From a virus: DNA of 40,401 nt. Shown piece by piece: positions 1-7,914 of the stretch (position 1 is the first letter of the stretch; each line of letters opens with the position of its first letter). The DNA lies in IMG/VR virus record IMGVR_UViG_3300045988_056832; one strand, written 5' to 3'. The position numbers and the translations under genes are program-made. The notes beneath the pieces were generated by a model, which ran no database searches, was not told the DNA's origin, and saw nothing but the letters and a program-made list of their open reading frames with translations.

Positions 1-55
1 ATATAGAGAGAGATACGCGCGCGCGTGAAGATGAAAATCCTCTATCTATGTTTGA
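1..55. repeat. Terminal overlap identical to 40347..40401 (circular closure or terminal redundancy of the assembly)
   Basis: Read directly: atatagagagagatacgcgcgcgcgtgaagatgaaaatcctctatctatgtttga occurs at both ends. Confidence 0.95.
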
Positions 56-389
56 AGATGAAGAAGTAAAAAATAAACCCATTTACGAATTGTATATGAA
101 AACAATTGGAGTTGTATCACCTACTATTAAAGAGCGGTTAGATGATCTAGTTGAATCATATGGCAAAGAACGAGTCATTGTTGCTATTAATACCACAGCG
201 GATAATGGTGGCAATAGTATCAAGTATGTTGAAACTGTCACGGCAGGGAATCTAAAGCAGGAGGTGCAAAAGGATTTTGGAGCAAGCAAATGTAACAGCA
301 ATGCTAGAAGCGTGTCTCGAAAAAATTCGAGAAAGGACGAACAAGTCGACTGGCAAGCGGAATATGAAAGAGTCCACGGGAAAAAATGA
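1..389 (+). CDS. Replisome organizer, C-terminal DnaD-like part (continuation of 39776..40401 across the circular junction)
   Basis: The frame is open from base 3 and matches the frame of the ORF at 39776 after subtracting 40,346. The sequence PIYELYMKTIGVVSPTIKERLDDLVESYGKERVIVAINTTADNGG resembles the DnaD C-terminal domain. Confidence 0.7.
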   Translation, partial: IERDTRAREDENPLSMFEDEEVKNKPIYELYMKTIGVVSPTIKERLDDLVESYGKERVIVAINTTADNGGNSIKYVETVTAGNLKQEVQKDFGASKCNSNARSVSRKNSRKDEQVDWQAEYERVHGKK

Positions 390-1011
390 GTTTTTCTATC
401 CGATATATGACGAACCAGTAGTCATCCAAACAAACGTTAATACTACCTATGCTGCAGTTGGAATTCCTAAGAGGTATTATGATATGGATTTTGACTGGTT
501 ACGCAAACACGGTAGCTTTCCAAAAGAGAACGCTGAAGCTTACGACGTAGTTAAAAAGTACTCTGATAATCTGAAAGCTAATCTTGATTCTGGCAAGGGG
601 CTCATATTAAGGGGCCCCGCTGGCACCGGTAAAACATCAATTGCAGTGAGTATCTTGAAACAGGCTATGACATTAGGCAAAGGGTGCCTAATGATTTCTA
701 TGCCTAATTTACTAGATACCATGCTTACATTGTCGAAAGGCGATAATGTAGCTTATCTAAGATTTGAGCAAAAGCTGCGGAACATACCACTTTTATTGCT
801 CGATGATTTTGGGGCAGAGTACTCAAAATCTGATTGGGTACCGTCTAAGGTTGAAAGCATCATTATTGATCGCTACAACCGGATGAAACCCATCATTCTT
901 ACGACGAATTACAGTGATGCTTGGACCGAAAAGAATTATAGCCAAAGAGTATATGACCGCCTACGTGGCGAATATGCGGTGGCTATATTCAATGGAGCAT
1001 CACATCGATGA
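277..1011 (+). CDS. DnaC/IstB-like helicase loader ATPase (start uncertain: TTG 277, ATG 301 or ATG 364)
   Basis: Walker A GPAGTGKTS and Walker B LLLLDDFGAE. It follows the replisome organizer. Confidence 0.8.
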   Translation: MEQANVTAMLEACLEKIRERTNKSTGKRNMKESTGKNEFFYPIYDEPVVIQTNVNTTYAAVGIPKRYYDMDFDWLRKHGSFPKENAEAYDVVKKYSDNLKANLDSGKGLILRGPAGTGKTSIAVSILKQAMTLGKGCLMISMPNLLDTMLTLSKGDNVAYLRFEQKLRNIPLLLLDDFGAEYSKSDWVPSKVESIIIDRYNRMKPIILTTNYSDAWTEKNYSQRVYDRLRGEYAVAIFNGASHR

Positions 1012-1406
1012 AGCTTCTATTAAGATGCCAATTCAGGTTTAGAAAGAAAACTCATGACCGGTTCCCGACATTGAATGAGTATATCGATTGTGAACGTGGT
1101 TCGACTATAGCTGCAGCTGCTATGAAAAAGAAATGCACTGAGCAGGTTAAAGAGCAATGCTTATCACAGCAGATACAATCAGTTAATGGGAAAGTAGACC
1201 TATTATTTGAATGGCATTCTTCAACCAGGCATGATCCTGATAACGTGGCATTTGCTAAGAAGTTTATTCTTGACGGGCTGCAGTTAGCAGGTGTGCTAGA
1301 AAACGATAATCGAAAGTTCATCGGCACTATGGCTGATGAGATTATTCAGGATGATGAGAATTTTGTAATCTTACACATCACGGAAAATATGGGTATATTC
1401 TTGTGA
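1008..1406 (+). CDS. RusA-like Holliday junction resolvase
   Basis: HDPDNVAFAKKFILDGLQLAGVLENDN parallels the RusA DxDN...K...D.L...DD core. ATGA overlap with the upstream gene. Confidence 0.55.
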   Translation: MKLLLRCQFRFRKKTHDRFPTLNEYIDCERGSTIAAAAMKKKCTEQVKEQCLSQQIQSVNGKVDLLFEWHSSTRHDPDNVAFAKKFILDGLQLAGVLENDNRKFIGTMADEIIQDDENFVILHITENMGIFL

Positions 1407-1430
1407 TTATAAAATTAGTGGAGGTATAAA

Positions 1431-1622
1431 ATGACTGTTAAAGAGTTAGAAGAAGCCTTGAGCAGAGTAGAAAACAAAGACATTGAAGTTATAATGTATG
1501 ACGAAATGTTTGGCGGCTCCGAAATTGAGTATGTTGTTCATCAACCGGAAGAGCCAAGACTAAATCTTAAAGAACGTGTAGAGCTATTGATTGGATGTGA
1601 AATTGATGCTAATCGAAGATAA
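1431..1622 (+). CDS. Hypothetical protein
   Basis: 63-aa ORF with RBS GGAGGT 6 nt upstream of the ATG. Confidence 0.5.
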   Translation: MTVKELEEALSRVENKDIEVIMYDEMFGGSEIEYVVHQPEEPRLNLKERVELLIGCEIDANRR

Positions 1623-2034
1623 GGATAAATGGTGTTGGGTCGATGACTACGGAAATGCAGGTGATCCACAAGATACAATACAAGAGGCTATCGATGATTT
1701 CGTGGATTGGGAACCTGATTTAAAAGAAATATGGCTCACAGATGAGTTTGAACGAGTTGTGAAAATAGGACATCCTAATTATTACACTCCAGAAGTTGAT
1801 GCAGAACGAGTGATTGAAGACATTATCAATTATGATATTGATTATGAAATAGCTGAATGGGCTTGTGATTATTTATCAAATGTTAAGACTGAACATCTTG
1901 ATGAGCTGAGCACAGCATTAACAAAGGTATTCCGTGAATGGGAAAAGAAATATGGCTATAAAAATAAAGGTCATGTGGTTTTAGAAACAAAATCGTATCC
2001 TGTTGATAGCAAAGGCAGGCTTATTGTAGTGTAA
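1591..2034 (+). CDS. Hypothetical acidic protein (start 1591 or 1606)
   Basis: 147-aa ORF in the operon context. No recognisable motif. Confidence 0.5.
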   Translation: MDVKLMLIEDKDKWCWVDDYGNAGDPQDTIQEAIDDFVDWEPDLKEIWLTDEFERVVKIGHPNYYTPEVDAERVIEDIINYDIDYEIAEWACDYLSNVKTEHLDELSTALTKVFREWEKKYGYKNKGHVVLETKSYPVDSKGRLIVV

Positions 2035-2122
2035 ATACTAATTATATTTAATTATTTCTTATGAAGCTGGTATACAAATTCGGACTAAAACAAAAAAATA
2101 ATTGTAAAAGGGGGCAACATAT

Positions 2123-2653
2123 TTGAATGAATATGATATTGAGAAAATCACAAGGTTGGCCACAGAGGTGGCAACTAAAACTTACTATGAATTAGCTAAG
2201 CAAGAAAATGCTCAACTCGGTCGCAAACTTCGACACAACACGATCAAGTTGTTAAAGCATTACAGTCAGCTGCAGTCTTATGTAGACAATGCTATCTCGG
2301 ATTCGACACAAGCCGAGGATATATGGCTCAATGAACTGCTAGTTGATATGTTCGATGACAATAGCATAGTAAGGGTAAATGCCATTGTTAAAAGTAAAGA
2401 AAAAACAGCATTGATGATGAGGCATGTGAATAATATGCTTGATATCTATGCTGAGAAGTGCAACACAAAGCAATTTAAGTATTGTGAGTGCATGCGCAGG
2501 TATTATATTAATGGAGAAACGTTAGAGCAGATAGCTGAATCCTTTCCTGAAAAGCCAGATGTTCGTACCATCAAACGCTACATCTCTAGGGGAATTGAAG
2601 AACTATCCGTATTGCTCTGGGGTGTTATTGGGCTGAATACAAAAATAGCTTAA
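2123..2653 (+). CDS. Putative late-gene transcriptional regulator (ArpU/RinA/sigma region-4-like)
   Basis: C-terminal HTH-like ETLEQIAESFPEKPDVRTIKRYISRGIEELS. Located immediately upstream of the packaging genes. TTG start with RBS AAGGGGG. Confidence 0.55.
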   Translation: MNEYDIEKITRLATEVATKTYYELAKQENAQLGRKLRHNTIKLLKHYSQLQSYVDNAISDSTQAEDIWLNELLVDMFDDNSIVRVNAIVKSKEKTALMMRHVNNMLDIYAEKCNTKQFKYCECMRRYYINGETLEQIAESFPEKPDVRTIKRYISRGIEELSVLLWGVIGLNTKIA

Positions 2654-2659
2654 TAAAAT

Positions 2660-2686
2660 TGTCCCAAAACTGTCCTAGACATGTCC
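2660..2686 (+). promoter_or_regulatory. Three direct TGTCC repeats at exact 11-bp spacing (2660, 2671, 2682)
   Basis: Read directly. The repeats overlap the -35 of the promoter below. TTGTCCCA (2659..2666) has a perfect inverted copy TGGGACAA at 2720..2727. Confidence 0.5.
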
Positions 2687-2704
2687 TTTTTGACAATTTA
2701 TAAT
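2676..2704 (+). promoter_or_regulatory. Sigma-A-type promoter TAGACA-17 nt-TATAAT
   Basis: -35 at 2676..2681, -10 at 2699..2704, 17-nt spacer. Confidence 0.5.
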
Positions 2705-2776
2705 GATAGTGTGAGTTAATGGGACAACAAATACTCTATCTCTCAACGACACAGTGAAACCTAGAACACTAAAACG

Positions 2777-2815
2777 AAAAGACCACTTAATCTATACGGT
2801 TAGGTGGTCTTTTTA
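2777..2815 (+). terminator. Intrinsic terminator between the late regulator and the first late ORF
   Basis: Stem GACCACTTAA (2781..2790) pairs with TTAGGTGGTC (2800..2809) around a 9-nt loop, followed by TTTTTA. Confidence 0.7.
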
Positions 2816-2847
2816 TATGCAAATCTAAGGAGGCGAGGTGAATACGA

Positions 2848-3036
2848 TTGACTGATGTGTATTGTGAAAAGCGAAGATGCTTAAACAATGTTAAGGGTTG
2901 GTGTAAAGCAAATGGAATTCACATTGATCATATGTGTAAATCGTATGCGCCATCTCATTCTTTAATCAAAACTAAAACAGCAAAGGTTCATAAAGACCGT
3001 GGTAAGTACAAACAAAATAAAGGTGTATTGAAGTAG
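2848..3036 (+). CDS. Small cysteine-rich protein (DUF1540-like pattern)
   Basis: C-x5-C...C-x-A-x-G-I-x-I...C spacing. RBS AAGGAGG upstream. TTG start. Confidence 0.45.
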   Translation: MTDVYCEKRRCLNNVKGWCKANGIHIDHMCKSYAPSHSLIKTKTAKVHKDRGKYKQNKGVLK

Positions 3037-3051
3037 CCAGGAGGTGAGATA

Positions 3052-3495
3052 GTGGCTGCATTAAAAAATAAGCGTCATGAGAAGTTTTGTCATGAGTACA
3101 TCAAGGATATGAATGCGACACAGGCCGCTATTCGCACTGGTTATTCTAAAAAAACAGCCAAGATGCAAGGTAGCCGTCTGATGACTAATGATGACATTAA
3201 AATGAGGGTTGCCGAGCTTAGAGACGCTTATTTGGACGAAAATATCATGACAGCAAAACAGGTTGAATATGAGCTTACAAGAATTGCACTCGGGCTATCA
3301 ACAGAAAAGACAGTTGTGATTGAAGGCCAGGGAGATGGATGGTCAACAGCTCGTATCATGGATAAGCCGCCGGATGAAAAGTCCAGGTTAAAAGCACTTG
3401 AACTTATGGCCAAACGGCATCGGATCTTATCCGGCGATACAACGATTGATATTAAGCCTGTAATTATCATGGGCGGTGATGAGATTGCCGATTAA
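3052..3495 (+). CDS. terS: Terminase small subunit (P27/Terminase_2 type)
   Basis: KRHEKFCHEYIKDMNATQAAIRTGYSKKTAKMQGSRLM is the typical N-terminal HTH of this family. It overlaps TerL. Confidence 0.85.
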   Translation: MAALKNKRHEKFCHEYIKDMNATQAAIRTGYSKKTAKMQGSRLMTNDDIKMRVAELRDAYLDENIMTAKQVEYELTRIALGLSTEKTVVIEGQGDGWSTARIMDKPPDEKSRLKALELMAKRHRILSGDTTIDIKPVIIMGGDEIAD

Positions 3496-4735
3496 TGCTA
3501 ATAGGATATATCTTCCGGATGTCATCGGCAGAGGATATGGTGCATTTTGGAGATTTAATGGCAGGTATAAAGCAGTTAAGGGCAGCCGTGCTAGCAAGAA
3601 GTCCTCGACGCAGTCAATTAAAGTGATTGTCGAAATAATGGAAAATCCATGCATTAATTGGTTGGTGGTCCGCAAGACCGAAAGGACATTGCGCGATAGC
3701 TGTTATGCTCAATTAAAATGGGCAATTAGACGTTTAGGCGTTGATAAGTACTTCAAATGTTCTGTATCGCCACTTGAAATTACGTACCTTCCTACTGGCC
3801 AGAAAATTTTATTTAGAGGCCTTGATGATCCTCTCAAAGTAACATCAATTACCGTTGAAGTTGGTTCATTGTGCCGGCTTTGGATTGAGGAAGCTTATGA
3901 GATTACAAGCGAGGATGCATTTAACAGATTAGATGAATCAATCCGCGGACAATTACCACCAGGGATGTATCATCAGGTGGTGCTTACATTCAACCCTTGG
4001 TCAGATAGGCATTGGTTGAAAAAGAGATTCTTTGATGAAGAAAATCCGAATGTATTGGCAATTACTACGAACTATCTATGCAATGAATTTCTTAGCGAAT
4101 CGGATTTGGTCCTATTCGAGGAAATGAAAAAGAACCCTCGCCGGTATAAAACTGCCGGCCTAGGGGAATGGGGCATTGTAGAAGGGCTGGTATTTGAGAA
4201 CTGGGAAGAACGAGCCTTTGATGTTAATGAAGTCTCCAAACGCACCAATGTTAAATCTGCATTCGGGATGGACTTTGGCTATGTTAACGATCCGAGTACG
4301 TTATTCTGCGGACTTGTTGATACTGTAGCCCGTGAAATATATGTCTTTGATGAAATGTACGAAAAAGGCATGAGTAACGAAGACATTATCACTAGGGTAA
4401 CTGATCTAGGATATTCCAAAGAGCGAATCAAGGCGGATAGCGCCGAGCCGAAATCGATTGCCTATCTTCGCAAGAATGGATTACGCAATATCAGGGCCGC
4501 TAAAAAAGGACCTGACTCTATTCGTGCAGGTATTGCTTTGATACAGGACTACAAGATTATCATCCATCCTAGATGTGTAAACTTTATAACTGAGATTAGT
4601 AGCTACACCTGGGACAAGGATAAGTTCGATAACATGGTGAATAAGCCAATTGATGATTTTAACCATTTAATGGATGCCATGCGTTATGCAATGGAAGAAT
4701 TCGACGGGCGTAAAGGCGTTCGTTTATTAACTTAG
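3476..4735 (+). CDS. terL: Terminase large subunit (PBSX family)
   Basis: 419 aa. Walker-like VKGSRASKKS, and a nuclease half with FGMDFGYVNDPS...DSAEPKSI...DDFNHLMDAMRY. Confidence 0.9.
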   Translation: MMRLPINANRIYLPDVIGRGYGAFWRFNGRYKAVKGSRASKKSSTQSIKVIVEIMENPCINWLVVRKTERTLRDSCYAQLKWAIRRLGVDKYFKCSVSPLEITYLPTGQKILFRGLDDPLKVTSITVEVGSLCRLWIEEAYEITSEDAFNRLDESIRGQLPPGMYHQVVLTFNPWSDRHWLKKRFFDEENPNVLAITTNYLCNEFLSESDLVLFEEMKKNPRRYKTAGLGEWGIVEGLVFENWEERAFDVNEVSKRTNVKSAFGMDFGYVNDPSTLFCGLVDTVAREIYVFDEMYEKGMSNEDIITRVTDLGYSKERIKADSAEPKSIAYLRKNGLRNIRAAKKGPDSIRAGIALIQDYKIIIHPRCVNFITEISSYTWDKDKFDNMVNKPIDDFNHLMDAMRYAMEEFDGRKGVRLLT

Positions 4736-4746
4736 GAGGTTATGAC

Positions 4747-6183
4747 TTGGAAATAGAGTTAATCAAAAAGCTAATTAAAAAGCATACGCTAGGACATGCT
4801 GCCGTTGTTAGTGCTATAGCAGAAGCCGATAGGTATTATGACGTAGACAATGACATTTTGTATGAAAAACGAAAGCCTAAGAACTTAGAGGAAGCGCAGC
4901 AACAAGGCGATACATTTAATCCGGCACACACAGCGGATAATCGTACCGCCTATTCTTTTTATCCACTTTTAGTCGACCAAAAGACAGCATATATGTTTAC
5001 TGCGCCGCCAATTTATGATGTGAAAGATGACAAATTGAACGACGTAATAGCTGATGTGCTTGGAGATGCTTATGAAAAGAAATGTAAAGACTTGTGTGTA
5101 AAGGCCTCTAATGGCGGTATTGCCTGGGTGCATTACTGGATGGATGAAGCAGACACCTTTCAATGGGCCGTATTACCTGCAAATGAAATCATTCCTATCT
5201 GGGATAACAGAATTAATACAAAACTCGAAGGCGTATTGCGCGTATATGCAGATATTAACGATGAAGGCGAAAATATTACGGTATATGAATACTGGAACGA
5301 TAAAGAAGTTCAAGCGTTCTCCCTCCGTACAGGGGACGTAATTGAAACTCTATCACCGTATGCAGCATTTATTATGATTGATCCTAGCGGGGGCATGATG
5401 GATGTCGATACTATTCCTCATGCCATGGGGCAAGTCCCATTTATTCCGTTTGCCAATAATGCAGCACATACACCAGATTTAAAACGCATTAAGTCATTAA
5501 TCGATGTTTACGATAAAACGTATAGCGGATTTCTTAATGATCTTGAAGATGTTCAAGAGGTTGTATATGTCCTTACTAACTATGGCGGTGAAAATTTATC
5601 AGACTTCTTGGATGGAATGAAAAAATATAAGACAATCCAAATGGACTCTAACGGGCCCGATGACAGGACTGGTATTTCAACGCTGACAATTGATATTCCT
5701 ATTGAAGCCCGCAAGGAATTGCTCAACATTACACGCAAGGCCATCTTTGATATGGGACAGGGTATTGACCCTCAACAGCAAGGCTTAGACGGCACTAGCG
5801 GTGAAGCGATGAAGTTCTTATATACATTACTGGAGTTAAAAGCTGGCATGATGGAAACAGAGTTTCAGTTAGGGTTTAACCAACTAATCCGAGCGATTTG
5901 TAAAGTTCATGGGGCAGATAAAGTTAAAATCACGCAAACGTGGACCAGGACTTCAGTTAAGAATGATGGTGACTTGGTTGATATGTGCTCAAAATCGATG
6001 GGCGTTGTATCTAAACGAACTATTCTCGCTCATCATCCATTTGTAGAGGATGTAAACGAGGAAATTAAGCAGATCGAGGCTGAAGAAGCCGAAAACAACA
6101 ATGGTATTTACGATGATTGGGAATCAAATAATCATAATCATGAGCCTATGAACGGTCATGATGATAATAATGATGACCAATAG
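4747..6183 (+). CDS. Portal protein (SPP1 gp6-like)
   Basis: 478 aa directly after TerL. N-terminal AEADRYYDVDNDIL motif. Acidic C-terminus. Confidence 0.85.
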   Translation: MEIELIKKLIKKHTLGHAAVVSAIAEADRYYDVDNDILYEKRKPKNLEEAQQQGDTFNPAHTADNRTAYSFYPLLVDQKTAYMFTAPPIYDVKDDKLNDVIADVLGDAYEKKCKDLCVKASNGGIAWVHYWMDEADTFQWAVLPANEIIPIWDNRINTKLEGVLRVYADINDEGENITVYEYWNDKEVQAFSLRTGDVIETLSPYAAFIMIDPSGGMMDVDTIPHAMGQVPFIPFANNAAHTPDLKRIKSLIDVYDKTYSGFLNDLEDVQEVVYVLTNYGGENLSDFLDGMKKYKTIQMDSNGPDDRTGISTLTIDIPIEARKELLNITRKAIFDMGQGIDPQQQGLDGTSGEAMKFLYTLLELKAGMMETEFQLGFNQLIRAICKVHGADKVKITQTWTRTSVKNDGDLVDMCSKSMGVVSKRTILAHHPFVEDVNEEIKQIEAEEAENNNGIYDDWESNNHNHEPMNGHDDNNDDQ

Positions 6184-6252
6184 CGTAATTATAAATTTTT
6201 AATTCTCTTATTCGAGGCAGGTAAACCTCGGTAAAAACCGGAAGGAGAACAC

Positions 6253-6897
6253 ATGACACTAGCGGAATTACTTGAACAATTGGGGATTGCTAAAGAACAA
6301 CAGGAAGAGGCAACAAAACAATTAAAAGCATTCTTGGATGGTGAATATGTACCAAAGTCGCGTTTTAACGAGGTTAACGCGGAAAAGAAAAACCTTGAAA
6401 CAACTGTTGCTGATAGAGATAAGCAGTTGAAGGCATTGAAGGATAGCGAAGGGGATATTACAGCGCTAAAGGATCAGATTACAAAGTTGCAAGCTGATAA
6501 CAAGGCAAATGCTTTAAAGGCGGCTGCTGATTTGAAGGCGTTGAAACTATCTACTGCTGTTCAATTGGCAATCGGTGATACGGCTCAGGACGCTGAACTC
6601 GTAGCTAACTTGATTGATAAGTCTAAACTTATTCTTGGCGAAGACGGTAAAGTAACCGGCTTGAGTGAACAGCTTAAAGAATTAAAAGAATCTAAGTCGT
6701 TCTTGTTTAAGCCTGAAGGAGACCCACAATTTAAATATGAACCAAACAAAGGTCATGGGGACCCTAAGATTAATCCGTTTAGCAAGGAACATTTTAACCT
6801 TACTCAACAAGCACAGTTAATTAAGGATGACCCGGCGCAAGCGAAAACATTAGCGGCGCAAGCGGGCGTTAATATTGATTATTTAGGAGGTAACTAA
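6253..6897 (+). CDS. Scaffolding protein (GP20-like)
   Basis: Coiled-coil, K/E/L-rich protein of 214 aa immediately before the capsid gene. Confidence 0.75.
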   Translation: MTLAELLEQLGIAKEQQEEATKQLKAFLDGEYVPKSRFNEVNAEKKNLETTVADRDKQLKALKDSEGDITALKDQITKLQADNKANALKAAADLKALKLSTAVQLAIGDTAQDAELVANLIDKSKLILGEDGKVTGLSEQLKELKESKSFLFKPEGDPQFKYEPNKGHGDPKINPFSKEHFNLTQQAQLIKDDPAQAKTLAAQAGVNIDYLGGN

Positions 6898-7904
6898 TGC
6901 CAAATCAAAACTTCTCTTTTGACTTGCAGACATTTGCAGGAACTACTTTAAAAGACGTGATTACGCCTACAGCTCTTTTTGATGATTATGTGGTGAGACG
7001 TACATCTGAATTATCTGCTCTTTTCCAATCAGGTATCGTTGCTCGTGATGAAAAGTTTGATAGCCTAGCGAGCGAAGCAGCTCAGGTTCATAATATGCCT
7101 TTCTTTGCTGACTTATCCGGCGATTCCGAAGATGTTGTCGAAGGTGCAACCCTTACTGCCGATAAAATCGGTTCTAAAATGGATACATCCACAACTATTC
7201 GCCGTGCTAAAATGTGGGGCGCGACTGACTTGTCTGCGCAATTATCCGGCACAGATCCTATGTCTGCTATTGGTGATTTAGTAGCAGGATTTTGGGCTCG
7301 TGATCACCAAAAAGAATTGATTAATATCTTGAATGGCGTATTTGCATCTACAAGCATGGCTGATCATGTATTGGATATTTCTACTAAAACAGCTAAAGCG
7401 GCGAATTTCTCTGGCGAAGCATTCATTGATGCAATGCAACTCATGGGTGATGCTCGCAACTCTTTAACAGCTGTTGCGATGCATTCTGCTACTAAGTCTT
7501 ACTTAGATAAGTTGAACCTCATTCAAACTATTCGCCAATCTGATGCTGTATCTTTTGATACTTACATGGGACGTCGCGTAATTGTTGATGATGGGTGCCC
7601 TGTTGATTCCGGAAATTATACAACATATTTGTTTGGTGAAGGTGCAATCGCATACGGCGTTGGACATCCTGTAGGATTGATTTCTGCAGAAGTTGATCGC
7701 GATAAAAAGATGGGCTCCGGTGTGGATTACTTAATCTCTCGTAAAGCATTTATCTTACATCCTCGCGGGGTTGCATGGCAAAACAAGACTCGTACTAATG
7801 CTGAATCTGTATCTCGTGCTGAATTAGCAAATAAAGATAACTGGAAAGCAGTGTACGAGCCTAAACAAATTCGCATTGTTAAGTTTGTGCATAAATTAGG
7901 CTAG
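6897..7904 (+). CDS. Major capsid protein
   Basis: 335 aa. ATG overlaps the scaffold stop. Position and size fit a major capsid protein. Confidence 0.75.
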   Translation: MPNQNFSFDLQTFAGTTLKDVITPTALFDDYVVRRTSELSALFQSGIVARDEKFDSLASEAAQVHNMPFFADLSGDSEDVVEGATLTADKIGSKMDTSTTIRRAKMWGATDLSAQLSGTDPMSAIGDLVAGFWARDHQKELINILNGVFASTSMADHVLDISTKTAKAANFSGEAFIDAMQLMGDARNSLTAVAMHSATKSYLDKLNLIQTIRQSDAVSFDTYMGRRVIVDDGCPVDSGNYTTYLFGEGAIAYGVGHPVGLISAEVDRDKKMGSGVDYLISRKAFILHPRGVAWQNKTRTNAESVSRAELANKDNWKAVYEPKQIRIVKFVHKLG

Positions 7905-7914
7905 GAGGTAGCGT

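Noticed and set aside
5111-5341. 76-aa + strand ORF in another frame of the portal gene
   Set aside because: It is embedded in a confidently assigned gene. It has no RBS and an odd composition.
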